Part shown: positions 47,621 through 57,753 of the stretch, piece by piece
Position numbering within the stretch: the first letter of the stretch is position 1
Layout of the letters: the number at the start of each line of letters is the position of its first letter
From: a virus
Lineage: Duplodnaviria > Caudoviricetes
Virus record (IMG/VR): IMGVR_UViG_3300042731_008397
Span: 68,055-132,054 of that record
DNA length: 64,000 nucleotides
Reading direction: 5' to 3' (one strand)
Translations under genes and position numbers: made by a program
The notes under the pieces: model-generated
What the model was told of the DNA's origin: nothing
The model's database searches: none
The model's input: the letters and a program-made list of their open reading frames with translations, nothing else

Positions 47621-48198
47621 CAGGACTCTCCTAAAAATCGCTTCAGATAACCAATTAACGCATTAAAATCAATCGGTTTCGTCAAATACGGGATGGAAAG
47701 GTTTTGTAAGAAATTAATGACAGCCTTGTCTATATAGGCACTAACCACAAGAATACTTACATCATTTCCTTCCTCTTTTATTGCTTTGATTAAATCTATT
47801 CCTGTTAATTCGTTTAAACGAATATCTACAATTAAGACGTTAAACCGAATATGGTGTAACATGGAAAGTGCCTCCTCTGCCGATAATGCAAAGAAGAACA
47901 TACTATTAGGCGCTTTATTCCGAAATGCTAGCCGATAGAGTTGACGGGTGTCTTCTTCATCATCCACAACTAAAATTTTATACTTGTAAAGTAAAAGTTC
48001 CTGTATGCCTGCTCGGAGAAGGGCTGTTGCTTCCCGCTGTTCGTTTATCCGTTCTCGAAAATGTTTGGTTGCCGGGATATGATCTAAAACTGAAAACGCC
48101 GAGTTTTTGGTACTCTGCCACTCCTTAACTGTATACCCAATAATAATGATTGTTCCAACAATTAGTGTGGCTAAAATTGCAATGCTTAAAATGTCCAT
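47620..48198 (-). CDS. Membrane-anchored response regulator receiver
   Basis: N-terminal TM; ILVVDDE, VLIVDIRL, VVSA, LTKP intact. Confidence 0.85.
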   Translation of the reverse strand: MDILSIAILATLIVGTIIIIGYTVKEWQSTKNSAFSVLDHIPATKHFRERINEQREATALLRAGIQELLLYKYKILVVDDEEDTRQLYRLAFRNKAPNSMFFFALSAEEALSMLHHIRFNVLIVDIRLNELTGIDLIKAIKEEGNDVSILVVSAYIDKAVINFLQNLSIPYLTKPIDFNALIGYLKRFLGES

Positions 48199-48485
48199 TA
48201 TCGCTGTTGTCCTTTAATGATAGTGGATAACTCTGTAATTGCCTTCGTAACTTCTACTACGTTATCAAGTACATCCTTTGCAAACCGTTCTAACAATACA
48301 TTCTTTTCGGTTTCTTTTTTGATGACCAATCGTAATAGATACCACGCCACGTTAAAAAGAATTACATTCAAGATAAGCGACAGCCCTAGAACTCCACCTT
48401 CACCTTTAATCCATTTATCCATTAAAGAAACTTCTGGGGGGGCTGTTTGCGCTAACAATAGAATATAGGTTTGTAAAAACATCAT
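48198..48485 (-). CDS. Holin-like protein (BhlA/UviB-like architecture)
   Basis: 95 aa; GGVLGL single TM followed by a charged coiled coil. Confidence 0.5.
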   Translation of the reverse strand: MMFLQTYILLLAQTAPPEVSLMDKWIKGEGGVLGLSLILNVILFNVAWYLLRLVIKKETEKNVLLERFAKDVLDNVVEVTKAITELSTIIKGQQR

Positions 48486-48490
48486 GCTCC

Positions 48491-49771
48491 TTAAAATTTA
48501 TACAATCTTAGATATAAAATCCCCGCAAAATTTTTTGATCCGTTCGCTGCTTGGTAAATGACGGTCTTAAACAGGTGATCAGCCGTAAATGTCAATTCTC
48601 CCGGTAAAAAGTCTCCTTGAGGCGTCAAGTCTTTAACGTATGAATCGGTGCTATTACTGATTGTCGGTTTATCGGCATCGTCCGTGATAAGGCCGGTTTC
48701 AGTTGGAGGATTGCCACCAATGACCTTTAAAAGATCAAGTTTGGTGTCACCTGCTGTTCCAGGAGTTTCTGCCGATAAGACGAAACTTTCAATTGTTCCT
48801 GGGTATCCTGGACAAAACGGGCTGCCGAAGAGTTGACCTTCTGCCGGTTTCAAATCTCCCCAAAATTCAGTCTTAAATGGTGTTGGTTCAATATTAAAAA
48901 GTATTAAATCGGAAAAAATGTTGTCTTGAGTAATTGCTAAAATTTCACCAGGAGTTCCAGTCACGCCTGTATTTTGGACATCTATATAACCTAAAGAAAT
49001 CCAACCAGGGATGGGCGACGGCGTAACTAAATTCGTCTGAAGATCTGCTTCCGCACTTTCTGAGACTGAAATAATCCAACTCCCATCATAATCGAGGGAA
49101 ATCCTAAGTCGTTTCCAATAATCAGCGGTTGTAAAAGCCCCCACTTCGGCATTTCCACCCGCTCCAAAGTTAAGCTCCATACCTGGAAAATAGCCAATGC
49201 TCCCATCTCTCCCGATAAGGGCAAATCCAGATTTTGTTACCCAGATTTTCTTGTCGTTTTCTACGGAGTCATCAAATCTCCCTAAAGAGTAGGAGAGTAA
49301 GGCAAGCATTTTTAGCCAAGGATACTCTTCTATTCTTTGAATTGCCGCAATTTCTCTATGATGAATCAGGCAATCGGCATTACTGTAAAGCCCTTTATAT
49401 GAGATTAGAGCGGTTTTGCCTTTGTCGCCAACAGGGAAGATAAGTCTGGTTGACATCGGCTTTTGAGAAATCCCGATAAAGACCTCATCCGCGCCAGGCG
49501 GACGTGTAACCACGGGAGTTCTTGGATTTCCTTCTACCGTTGCCGTAAATCCCGATACGCTAAGGAACGTTGCCAGATCAACCCATAAATTGTAAGCCCC
49601 GGTTGTAACTTTTGGAATATAGTCAAGTTCAACCACATAATCCCCTGTTACCGGGATATATTGCGCCTCATCTATGACATCAACCTCAAGCTCTAAGTCC
49701 AGATAACTCTCTATTTTCGGGAAAGAGGTAATTCCTATATCGTTTCGTGTCGGATAAAAAAGCTTGTCCAT
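48491..49771 (-). CDS. Putative tail/baseplate protein
   Basis: GGAGG RBS; beta-rich; operon context. Confidence 0.45.
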   Translation of the reverse strand: MDKLFYPTRNDIGITSFPKIESYLDLELEVDVIDEAQYIPVTGDYVVELDYIPKVTTGAYNLWVDLATFLSVSGFTATVEGNPRTPVVTRPPGADEVFIGISQKPMSTRLIFPVGDKGKTALISYKGLYSNADCLIHHREIAAIQRIEEYPWLKMLALLSYSLGRFDDSVENDKKIWVTKSGFALIGRDGSIGYFPGMELNFGAGGNAEVGAFTTADYWKRLRISLDYDGSWIISVSESAEADLQTNLVTPSPIPGWISLGYIDVQNTGVTGTPGEILAITQDNIFSDLILFNIEPTPFKTEFWGDLKPAEGQLFGSPFCPGYPGTIESFVLSAETPGTAGDTKLDLLKVIGGNPPTETGLITDDADKPTISNSTDSYVKDLTPQGDFLPGELTFTADHLFKTVIYQAANGSKNFAGILYLRLYKF

Positions 49772-49786
49772 CTTTAAATCCTCCCG

Positions 49787-50251
49787 TTATGTAATCAATC
49801 CACGGACATAATGTGTCTCTAAAATTTCTGCTTGCATGTTTGCCCATCCCGTGATAAAATACCGTATCCTGGGCAATGCTTCTTGACTTATTTCAAATGA
49901 TTCCGCTCCGAATCCACCTTTCCCAAATCCTCTATAGCCATATATCGGGGGAAGCTTCAACATTGCATAAAATGGATATGTGTATATGCCCGTTGGAAGG
50001 GTAGTTTGCAGAGTAACTTTTAAAGTTCCTTGTTTCTCTGTTACGAAGTCCGCAACGGAAATCGGGAAAACAAACGTTTGACCATTTGTTTCAAATTTGA
50101 CGGTCAATCCGGGGATGATAATAAAAAACCCGTCCATTTGGGGAAGCGCCGGGATAATCACATTGTTATATGTCAACGTCTGGTAGACCTCTGCTTCAAG
50201 CAGTCGTAGCGGGTAAACCACACCTTGAATTTCTCTATAAAATTGAATCAT
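49787..50251 (-). CDS. Putative structural protein
   Basis: YGYRGFGKGGFG glycine-aromatic motif. Confidence 0.45.
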   Translation of the reverse strand: MIQFYREIQGVVYPLRLLEAEVYQTLTYNNVIIPALPQMDGFFIIIPGLTVKFETNGQTFVFPISVADFVTEKQGTLKVTLQTTLPTGIYTYPFYAMLKLPPIYGYRGFGKGGFGAESFEISQEALPRIRYFITGWANMQAEILETHYVRGLIT

Positions 50252-50475
50252 AATAAAAATTGTGCCCCGTTTCCGTCCGTTATTATAGTAGATTCCCCTT
50301 CAAAAAATTGTGTCCGGCTCCCTAAAGTCGGCATAAAGATAACCGAAAGTCCTGTTTCCATTTTTAGCGGTTTCTTAGGATACCCGCGTTGAATGATTCT
50401 CTCCGCCCGTTCTGCAAATCTTGTCAGAGTTCTTTTATTTTCCGCCCTCATCATAGCATAAGAAAAAGCCCCCAT
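50248..50475 (-). CDS. Small hypothetical protein
   Basis: Coupled within the operon. Confidence 0.5.
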   Translation of the reverse strand: MGAFSYAMMRAENKRTLTRFAERAERIIQRGYPKKPLKMETGLSVIFMPTLGSRTQFFEGESTIITDGNGAQFLL

Positions 50476-50477
50476 AG

Positions 50478-52460
50478 TTAACTTCCTCCAAAACCGTTTT
50501 CGTCACTGGCAATAAAACCTTTCGTATTTAGTCCTATGTCATATCCCCCGGAAGCAGACTCAATAACAGAGAATCCGACAACCTTACACCCATTAAATGT
50601 CTGTCCCGGTAGAATTGGATACGGGACATGCTCCCAGTTACGGGAAACCCGTGACTCGATATTTTTATTTTGAACAAATGCCGTCCAGATTTCTAGGTCT
50701 TCCCAATTACAAGAAGAAATCCCGGCTGTCATCGGATAAATTAATTTTTTTTCTCCAAAATCTCCTTCTCTATAACGTAACCGCTGCCTTCGTAGTTCTT
50801 TCGGGGCTGAAGGGATTTGGTCAGATCCAATTGTTTCTTCATCAGTTTGTGTAGTTGTCGCGCCGGTTGCTGGATCAAAGGTTGTCGCAATTCGCCTGAA
50901 CGTGTATGTCCCCATTGCGTCAGGCTCAATTGTTTTCGTATGAACCTCTAAATCCTGCATAGTGGTAAATATAGCAATTGATGTTGGAGATAATCCTTTA
51001 GACCCAATGTCAGCTATAATTGAAGCCATAACCCGATCAATCGGAGTAAGAATGTCGAATAGTGGAGATGTTTCCCCAGCATACGTGAAATACACCACTT
51101 TTCGGGAGACGGACACAGTGTTATTTTGCAAACTTCCTTCAAACCAACGTTCATCGGCATCTTCCTCACTAGTGTACTCCCACAATTCATCTCGGATTTC
51201 ATAGTTATCAGTCCATGCCTGATACGCCGAAATGAGAACGTCTGTATAAGAGGCTTCTCCTCCGCTAATTCTCGCCAAAAGTGTTTCACGATCTAGCATC
51301 TCAAGGGTATTTAACAAAAAGAATTGTCTCCCATATCCAGTCCCTAAATATCCAGGATAGTAGTAATTTATATATCCTGAGATGGCTCTGGTTTTATGGG
51401 TTATCCGTGCTTTTGCGTATACCCAAGGATCGGTAAATTCTGTCTGAAAGGTGGTCTCTGTTTCCTGGAGCGTTATGTCGTTACTATAGTCCCCATAAGC
51501 GTCTCGCCAAATTTCCCCTGTCACGATCTCCTCTTCAGAAATGGTATAAAAAGGATTTCCAAATTGATCAGGCATATAGGTTGTGGTAATCGTAAGCGTA
51601 GCGCTCTGTCCTCCAAAAGATGTTGTTTTCTCACGAGAATCCTCACGCTCTACAGGCTCGGTAACTTCAATATCGTAGTATCTGGTTTTATCAGGTTTCC
51701 CCATTCCGCCCGTGATTTCATAAGCATCATAAGGCGGAATATCTACTTCCGTGATTTCATAGCCCGCTATATTTGTCGGATAAGCAATTTGCGAAGGACT
51801 TCCAGCCGGGTCAATAAATGAAATGGTCAATTTGTCGTTTGTAGCAAGCCAAATCGTTTCGACAATCCCCGGAATAAGGGATTGTAAGAATTGCAAGAGA
51901 GAAGTTCTTGGCTCATATTGTTGGGAAATATTCCCGGTATAAAGTTGAGGAAGGTCACATTCAATTTTGATCTCCGCCAACTCTCCTATTTTCTCCATAA
52001 TGTCTTTAATTGCCCACCCGGTTGTCGGGTAATTATCCGATTCCTTGTGATAAACGTCAACCAACTCTGTGTTAAGCTGGTCTTGAATTTTTAAAAATTT
52101 GGCATTAGAGCAGGAAATGAAATATATCGGACGCCCATAAGATTTTGTCAACTCCCGCATAATCTTAGGCACATACTGGGTAGTCCTTTCAATTCCGTTT
52201 GTTCCAACCCGAGTTTTGGGGGTTGAGCGATAACAGTCCCAATCTATTCCGACAAAGGAAATAGTCATCTCTTCAGGCAGAAGATCCCAAGAATTTACAT
52301 CAAATTCTCCGATCAAAGTCCCGCCTAAAACGGCTACCTCAGAGATGTTAAATACAGGACAGATTTGTCCCGGACTCTGTTGAGCCGATATTTGGGTTAA
52401 ACCCGATTGTAGACCTAACATTGAACCGATTGAAAAAAATTCCATGTTATCCCTCAACAA
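50478..52460 (-). CDS. Putative baseplate hub/tail protein
   Basis: 660 aa; IKDIMEKIGELAEI..SLLQFLQSL pattern of hub proteins. Confidence 0.5.
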   Translation of the reverse strand: MLRDNMEFFSIGSMLGLQSGLTQISAQQSPGQICPVFNISEVAVLGGTLIGEFDVNSWDLLPEEMTISFVGIDWDCYRSTPKTRVGTNGIERTTQYVPKIMRELTKSYGRPIYFISCSNAKFLKIQDQLNTELVDVYHKESDNYPTTGWAIKDIMEKIGELAEIKIECDLPQLYTGNISQQYEPRTSLLQFLQSLIPGIVETIWLATNDKLTISFIDPAGSPSQIAYPTNIAGYEITEVDIPPYDAYEITGGMGKPDKTRYYDIEVTEPVEREDSREKTTSFGGQSATLTITTTYMPDQFGNPFYTISEEEIVTGEIWRDAYGDYSNDITLQETETTFQTEFTDPWVYAKARITHKTRAISGYINYYYPGYLGTGYGRQFFLLNTLEMLDRETLLARISGGEASYTDVLISAYQAWTDNYEIRDELWEYTSEEDADERWFEGSLQNNTVSVSRKVVYFTYAGETSPLFDILTPIDRVMASIIADIGSKGLSPTSIAIFTTMQDLEVHTKTIEPDAMGTYTFRRIATTFDPATGATTTQTDEETIGSDQIPSAPKELRRQRLRYREGDFGEKKLIYPMTAGISSCNWEDLEIWTAFVQNKNIESRVSRNWEHVPYPILPGQTFNGCKVVGFSVIESASGGYDIGLNTKGFIASDENGFGGS

Positions 52461-52830
52461 GGCATTTATAGATGGCTCCTGAAGCGCAAGGTGTTGTCTG
52501 TTTTTCTTTTATCGTATAGTTTTTGTCCTCAAATCGGAGCCGTTCAGTTGTTATCGCATTTGATCCGGATGGAACGAGGAGATATAAAAGAAAACTTGCC
52601 TCTTGCCGATCTCCGCTTTTAGCGGGTTTTTTCAAAGTAACCTGCTCTCCTTTGAAACAAGGAACATAGTCAGGACTTGGAGTTTCGTGTTCAGTCCAGC
52701 CCATTTGATCTTTAAACGATTGCCCGGACTCTTCTGTGTTTCTCAAAATTAAGCACATAGGGGAATTTTGGGATTTATGGAAAAAATAGAAAAAACTTTC
52801 ATCTATCTTGTGTGTCGGGATTGTCAGCAT
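52447..52830 (-). CDS. Putative head-closure protein
   Basis: KDQMGW...ERLRFEDKNYTIKE pattern. Confidence 0.45.
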   Translation of the reverse strand: MLTIPTHKIDESFFYFFHKSQNSPMCLILRNTEESGQSFKDQMGWTEHETPSPDYVPCFKGEQVTLKKPAKSGDRQEASFLLYLLVPSGSNAITTERLRFEDKNYTIKEKQTTPCASGAIYKCLVEG

Positions 52831-53291
52831 ATTGTAAATACCCCATCTTTAAGCTTTCCCGTTAAATACCGGGTAGTTGGTTCATGAATATGAGATCCGA
52901 CCGTGCTTATTTTGATCAAAGCTTCTTCATCCTGGGGGAGCCGTTGAACAAAAACTTGGATGAGACCTAATTGATTGCCCTCATACCCGTTATGGCGTTC
53001 ATCTCGGAGAAACATGTCTTCTAACAACGTTAAAACGGCAGTCTCTACTGAATCACCCAAAACTCCTTTCGGATCTCTCTGAATAGCCGGTTCAACAAAG
53101 GTTTCGGGCTTGACTGGCGGTTCAATGAGTCCGGTATCAGGCCAGTTCATATCATTTTCATCAAAAAATTCGGATGCTACCTCTATCTGGTGAAGCAATT
53201 CCGCGAAAACTTCTTGATCTTCCTGGTTTTCTTGATCTTCTTCAAACCCCATTTCCTGTTGACAAGGCTCGTTAGATGAGTTATAATCCAT
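52824..53291 (-). CDS. Acidic hypothetical protein
   Basis: 155 aa; coupled to 52830. Confidence 0.45.
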   Translation of the reverse strand: MDYNSSNEPCQQEMGFEEDQENQEDQEVFAELLHQIEVASEFFDENDMNWPDTGLIEPPVKPETFVEPAIQRDPKGVLGDSVETAVLTLLEDMFLRDERHNGYEGNQLGLIQVFVQRLPQDEEALIKISTVGSHIHEPTTRYLTGKLKDGVFTIC

Positions 53292-53860
53292 GTATGGCTT
53301 ACTATGGAACTAATAGTCAAATTAATGTTTATGGATCGTTAGCCCAGTTTATAGAAGATTGCCCGTCAATCCCTGATATTCCGAAGTTTTTTGACCTCGA
53401 AAGTCCTACATATCGGGGAGAACGGCAGGACAGCCCCCATCATTTGGTCTATTACTTCCAAATGCTCCCGGCAACGGGCTATGAACAAGGCACCCGTTGT
53501 CATTTCTATGCCGTTGCCTCTGTTATTCATGAAAACGAGTTAAAGCTTTACAAATCATGGACACAGCGGATAATTGACCGGTTACGTAGGTATTTTCTGG
53601 AATCTCCGATCCCGTTACTCAATTTTGAGGAACTTTGTTCAGAGTCTTTATGGGATACTTTTCTGAACACAGGAAACTTTGCTCCCTTAATTACCGGGAT
53701 GGAAGGAGTCCCACAACAAATTTCGGATATTATGTTTCACCCGAAATTATTGGGAACTCCGACCCCATCGTCTACTCCTTCTACGGTTGAAACGTCCTGG
53801 CAGATAGAATTAGCCCATTTAGCGGTTGACAACATCTCTCCGCTTAACTCTTCGCCTTAG
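53276..53860 (+). CDS. Hypothetical protein (possible tail terminator)
   Basis: 194 aa, divergent orientation. Confidence 0.4.
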   Translation: MSYNPCMAYYGTNSQINVYGSLAQFIEDCPSIPDIPKFFDLESPTYRGERQDSPHHLVYYFQMLPATGYEQGTRCHFYAVASVIHENELKLYKSWTQRIIDRLRRYFLESPIPLLNFEELCSESLWDTFLNTGNFAPLITGMEGVPQQISDIMFHPKLLGTPTPSSTPSTVETSWQIELAHLAVDNISPLNSSP

Positions 53861-53976
53861 AAGTTCCCCGTTTTTTGGGAGTAGACCTCAGAAAAGGCCC
53901 GATTTTCCTTCCTCTTCTAATATGAGACCTGACGTAAACTGTCTTTTTATTCTGTCTTGTCTGTGCCATAAAAATC

Positions 53977-54076
53977 ACTCTCTGGCGAACGTATGGGTAG
54001 CCAGAAGACACCAAAAATTGATCCGAGTACCTTCATAGGGGTTGACGTTTCGACTGCTTAGAATTAAAATCTGGCA
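53977..54076 (+). repeat. Dispersed element A, copy 7
   Basis: Left arm shared with copy 1; ttcataggggttgacgtttcgactgcttagaattaaaatctggca. Confidence 0.85.
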
Positions 54077-54112
54077 GCATTTTTTATCTAAGGAAATTAA
54101 CAACCCCGTTCC

Positions 54113-55084
54113 TTACGAAATTACATCAACGGTCGCCCGGCTAACTGCGCCTAATAGACTGTCATACTTTTTTCCGCTTTCCTGTTTCGGATACACGAAA
54201 ACATAGTAATTCCCCGCTACCGTGATGGTTGCGAGGTCTTTTGCCGTCTGGTCATAGTATTCCGTGATGCCGGTAACTGATTGAACCCCGTCAACAGGGG
54301 CTGGTTGAGCATCTTCAATAGACGGCAACATCAATTGTCCTACGCCTTCGGGGATACCAAATTCAGAGATACCTTCTCCGTGCTTGAGGACATAGATGTC
54401 ATAATATTTCACCCGTCCCCGTTGATCGGGAGCTAACCAGCTTGAATGGGTATCCCATGAAGCGTCAATTGTATAGGCAGACGGGCTTTCCACAGAGAGA
54501 TTCTGGACGGCAATAGGTCTTGCCTCTTGAGTCCGTGCGCCTATAACCCCGTTAATCCCGATAGAAGACGGAAAACAGATTGCTTTCTGGACAATAGCCC
54601 CTTTCGGATGGTCGTAGAGAACCGCCCCGCCTGCACCAAACCCCGCTATATTAGCGGTAACACCACTTGTATAACCGGAGTCTACCCGTACTACTTCATA
54701 ATTTGGAGCATCTTGAATCCTGAGCGTGGTTGGATAATCATCCATGATTGCCAGGAGTTGGTTCGCTTCTAACAGGGGATACCCGTTAGATTCTTCATTT
54801 CTGACCGTAATTTGGGTGGAAACATCAGCGGTGAGAGCGGCTGTGAGGAAACTTTCTGCCCGAATAGCGGCATGAGGAACGCCCCATCCTCCATATAAGG
54901 CGTTGGCTAATAAGAAATCAACCAAGAAGATCGGATCATCCTCTGCCCCACTAACGAGAAAGCAAATTTGCTCTCCCTCTAACTGGGAGATTAAAGCGTT
55001 AACATCGAAATTGTCTAATTTGGCGGTAAACGTTGATCCGGAAAGGAGTATAACTCCCGTTGAATCCCATCTATAGACTTTCAT
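54113..55084 (-). CDS. Putative structural protein with an Fn3/Ig-like C-terminus
   Basis: VQNLSVES...IDASWD...YYDIYV...YYVFVYP. Confidence 0.5.
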   Translation of the reverse strand: MKVYRWDSTGVILLSGSTFTAKLDNFDVNALISQLEGEQICFLVSGAEDDPIFLVDFLLANALYGGWGVPHAAIRAESFLTAALTADVSTQITVRNEESNGYPLLEANQLLAIMDDYPTTLRIQDAPNYEVVRVDSGYTSGVTANIAGFGAGGAVLYDHPKGAIVQKAICFPSSIGINGVIGARTQEARPIAVQNLSVESPSAYTIDASWDTHSSWLAPDQRGRVKYYDIYVLKHGEGISEFGIPEGVGQLMLPSIEDAQPAPVDGVQSVTGITEYYDQTAKDLATITVAGNYYVFVYPKQESGKKYDSLLGAVSRATVDVIS

Positions 55085-55123
55085 AGTCCCTCTCCCTATA
55101 ATAATGGTTTTTAGTTTTCCCTT

Positions 55124-55152
55124 ATTATAAACGAGAAGGCCAGAGATGTCAA
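55124..55152 (-). promoter_or_regulatory. Consensus sigma70 promoter
   Basis: TTGACA-17-TATAAT. Confidence 0.75.
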
Positions 55153-55158
55153 CAGGAA

Positions 55159-55512
55159 TTAATCTGACGGACTTTTTTGCGACCGCTGAAAGGCACGGAT
55201 TTCCTCAAGAGTCGTTTGGATGTCCTCTAACGGGAGGTCTAATGGAGGACGCTCTTGAGTGTGCGGTGACGGGGCAGATTCTTTTCCTCCTGATCGGATA
55301 AATAAAATATCTTCTTTTATCTCTGTTATGACTTCCTCAAATCGGGCAAGAACTGGATATTTATCATCTTTTTTGAACTCAGGAGGAATATCGCCATTTG
55401 TGGAATCAATTGTTTTTCGGGCGTCTTCGAGTGCCCAAGTCATAAATCTCAAATATTTATCTATGTAAACGATTAACAGTTGCCGAAATAAGGCTGTTGT
55501 TGGATCATCCAT
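55159..55512 (-). CDS. Hypothetical protein
   Basis: 117 aa ORF. Confidence 0.55.
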   Translation of the reverse strand: MDDPTTALFRQLLIVYIDKYLRFMTWALEDARKTIDSTNGDIPPEFKKDDKYPVLARFEEVITEIKEDILFIRSGGKESAPSPHTQERPPLDLPLEDIQTTLEEIRAFQRSQKSPSD

Positions 55513-55613
55513 ATCTTATGTCCCCGCTAAAAGGTTAACAAGAGCAATAATGAAATCTTCTTCAGAGTCTTTGGGATCCCAATTATCATGTCCTATAGAC
55601 TCCCGTAAATTCA

Positions 55614-56871
55614 GTGAATGCTCTACCGGCTGGAAGCCAGTAGCTTCTCAGGAGTCAGGCTAAAGCCTGTCCTACGCCCTGCATTCCCAGGGCGAGAATA
55701 TTTACCGCCGCATTCTGATCGCGGTGTAACGAAAGATCACACGACGGACAATGAAATATTCGTTGAGACAATGTGAGTTTATGCCGTTCCCCGCAACGAG
55801 AACAGGTTTGCGAGGTATAGGCAGGGTTGACCTGAATTACTTGTTTTCCGGCCCATGCTGCCTTGAAAACAAGGATATTCAGAAAACTCCGCCATGCAGC
55901 ATCACTAATACTTTTATTCAACCCCCGAAAGCCGTTTTTCTTCATCTCATTAATCGAGAGGTCTTCGACACAGATCGTATTATAGCTGTCGATGATCTTC
56001 CGGGAGGCTTGATACACAAAATTGTGTCGTTTGTTCGTAATGCGTTCATGGATTCGGGCGACGACTTTCCGGCGCTTTGTTCGCTCGGACGTTCCTTTTT
56101 TAGCGGCGATCAATTTCCGTTGGGCTTTTCCCAATGTTTTTTCTTCGGTTCTGAAAAAGCGTGGGTTTTCAATGACCTCGCCGGTATCATGTGTCGCAAA
56201 GTTTTCGAGACCCATATCAATCCCAGTTACGGGCTCTACCGGCTGTGGAACGGGTATTTCGTCAAGCTCACAGACAAACGACACAAACCATTTTCCAGTC
56301 GATGCTCGTCGGATTGTACAGGTTTTCACGGTACCCTCTATCGGGCGGTGAAGTTTCGCCTTAATTGCGCCGATTTTAGAAAAGAACACCTTGTTATCAT
56401 GAATCTGAAAAGCTGCTGCCTGGGGATAGGTGAAGGAGTCATAGCGAAACTTTCCACGAAAGCGGGGATAACCTGGATCTTCTCCGGCCTTAACTCTGCG
56501 AAAGAACGCCCGGAATGCCAGATCGATCCGAACCGCGATATTTTGAAGGACTTGACTGTGTATGTCTTTCAGAAATTTATAATCATCTTTCAATACGCTA
56601 AGAGTTTTTTGTTGTCCGAAACGAGAGAGACTTTTCTGTTCGGTTTCCCAGGCGGTTTTTCGTTGCTCAAGAAAATGGTTATAGAGCCAGCAACACCCGT
56701 CAAGAGTTTGCTCAAGTATCCTTTTTTGAGCGTTCGTTGGGAAGAGCCTGTATTTAAACGTTTTACGCATACATTACACAATATTAGAGTATGTGTGTAA
56801 TTGTCAAGAAGAAATTACAACAAACTGAAGATTTCGCCTGAAGGCGAAGGCTTTAAACCATGAGGAGGACT
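55614..56871 (-). mobile_element. IS200/IS605-family tnpB element 3
   Basis: TTAC upstream (56872-56875), AAAG plus hairpin left end; right end GAAG-hairpin-TTCAC. Confidence 0.8.
55655..56770 (-). CDS. tnpB: RNA-guided endonuclease TnpB
   Basis: MRKTFKYRL; GIDMG, VEDL, RDQNAAVNI; TSQTCSRCG..CPSC. Confidence 0.95.
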   Translation of the reverse strand: MRKTFKYRLFPTNAQKRILEQTLDGCCWLYNHFLEQRKTAWETEQKSLSRFGQQKTLSVLKDDYKFLKDIHSQVLQNIAVRIDLAFRAFFRRVKAGEDPGYPRFRGKFRYDSFTYPQAAAFQIHDNKVFFSKIGAIKAKLHRPIEGTVKTCTIRRASTGKWFVSFVCELDEIPVPQPVEPVTGIDMGLENFATHDTGEVIENPRFFRTEEKTLGKAQRKLIAAKKGTSERTKRRKVVARIHERITNKRHNFVYQASRKIIDSYNTICVEDLSINEMKKNGFRGLNKSISDAAWRSFLNILVFKAAWAGKQVIQVNPAYTSQTCSRCGERHKLTLSQRIFHCPSCDLSLHRDQNAAVNILALGMQGVGQALA

Positions 56872-57131
56872 GTAAATGATGTCTCCGTGAGAAATTACCT
56901 TACTCTGGCAGTCAAAGAACGGACTAACATATTGTGGCTTCTCATTTCTATTCTAAACGGGATGCCTCGCTTTTTTGCCCGGACTTTTGTTCTTTTCAAA
57001 TATCGGAAGACTTCAGCTTCTTTCGGGCGTCCTGGTCTGCTTTTGGAGTGTGTCAATACATAGATTCTCTCCCAGTAATGGAATGCCTCTGCCCATTTAC
57101 CTTGACCTAAAGCAAGTTCATCATGCCGTTT

Positions 57132-57449
57132 CTATAGGGCATCCATGTCTTTTGTTGTTTGTATCCATCGTTGAAATAGCCGATAACCGGGCATCCCGCA
57201 ATGTGACCATTGTAATTCTTGACATTCCGGGCAACGATAGACAACCGCTAATTCTTTGTTCCTATGAGTCCCGTATGGAGCTTCTGAGAAACCAACGCAG
57301 TCCGATCCGAAAATATCAAGGTCTCTATGTTGACAAAATCCACAATCTGTAACCTGCCGGTTATGTGTCCCGATATTAGAGACTTTATGCTCCGGTCCTA
57401 TCATATTAAAAAGGACTGCATTGCCTATGATTCCCGACTTTGCGACCAA
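57132..57449 (-). CDS. Small zinc-ribbon hypothetical protein
   Basis: CGFC..CPEC; start uncertain. Confidence 0.45.
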   Translation of the reverse strand: MVAKSGIIGNAVLFNMIGPEHKVSNIGTHNRQVTDCGFCQHRDLDIFGSDCVGFSEAPYGTHRNKELAVVYRCPECQELQWSHCGMPGYRLFQRWIQTTKDMDAL

Positions 57450-57753
57450 ACCGGATTGTTAATTGCCCACAATCAGGGCAATATGATTTATACCAATTTC
57501 GAGTTTTTTCAATCGGGATAAGCACATAATTTGACCAATAGCCTAAACACATCCACCAGAATCCCTGTAATTTGCAGTATAACGGGGATTCTGCCTTTTG
57601 CTCTTCTACCCAATCTCTCATCATTTCCACGGTATGACACTCATGCGGGAAATGTTCGCCGGGCATAAGACATTTTTCCGGGAACAAACAGCCCGTCCGC
57701 CATTCGCCCGTCTTTTGCATCTCTTCATATTCCGCTATGTCAACTTTTTGCAT
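57406..57753 (-). CDS. Cys-rich hypothetical protein
   Basis: CLFPEKCLMPGEH; CPDCG. Confidence 0.5.
   Translation of the reverse strand: MQKVDIAEYEEMQKTGEWRTGCLFPEKCLMPGEHFPHECHTVEMMRDWVEEQKAESPLYCKLQGFWWMCLGYWSNYVLIPIEKTRNWYKSYCPDCGQLTIRFGRKVGNHRQCSPF

Noticed and set aside
55751-56800. 349-aa plus-strand ORF
   Set aside because: Antisense shadow of tnpB with no recognisable motifs
55515-57130. tnpB element 3 splitting a gene or acting as an IStron
   Set aside because: Joining the predicted flanks did not give a continuous ORF with a start codon, and there is no room for a group I intron at the left end
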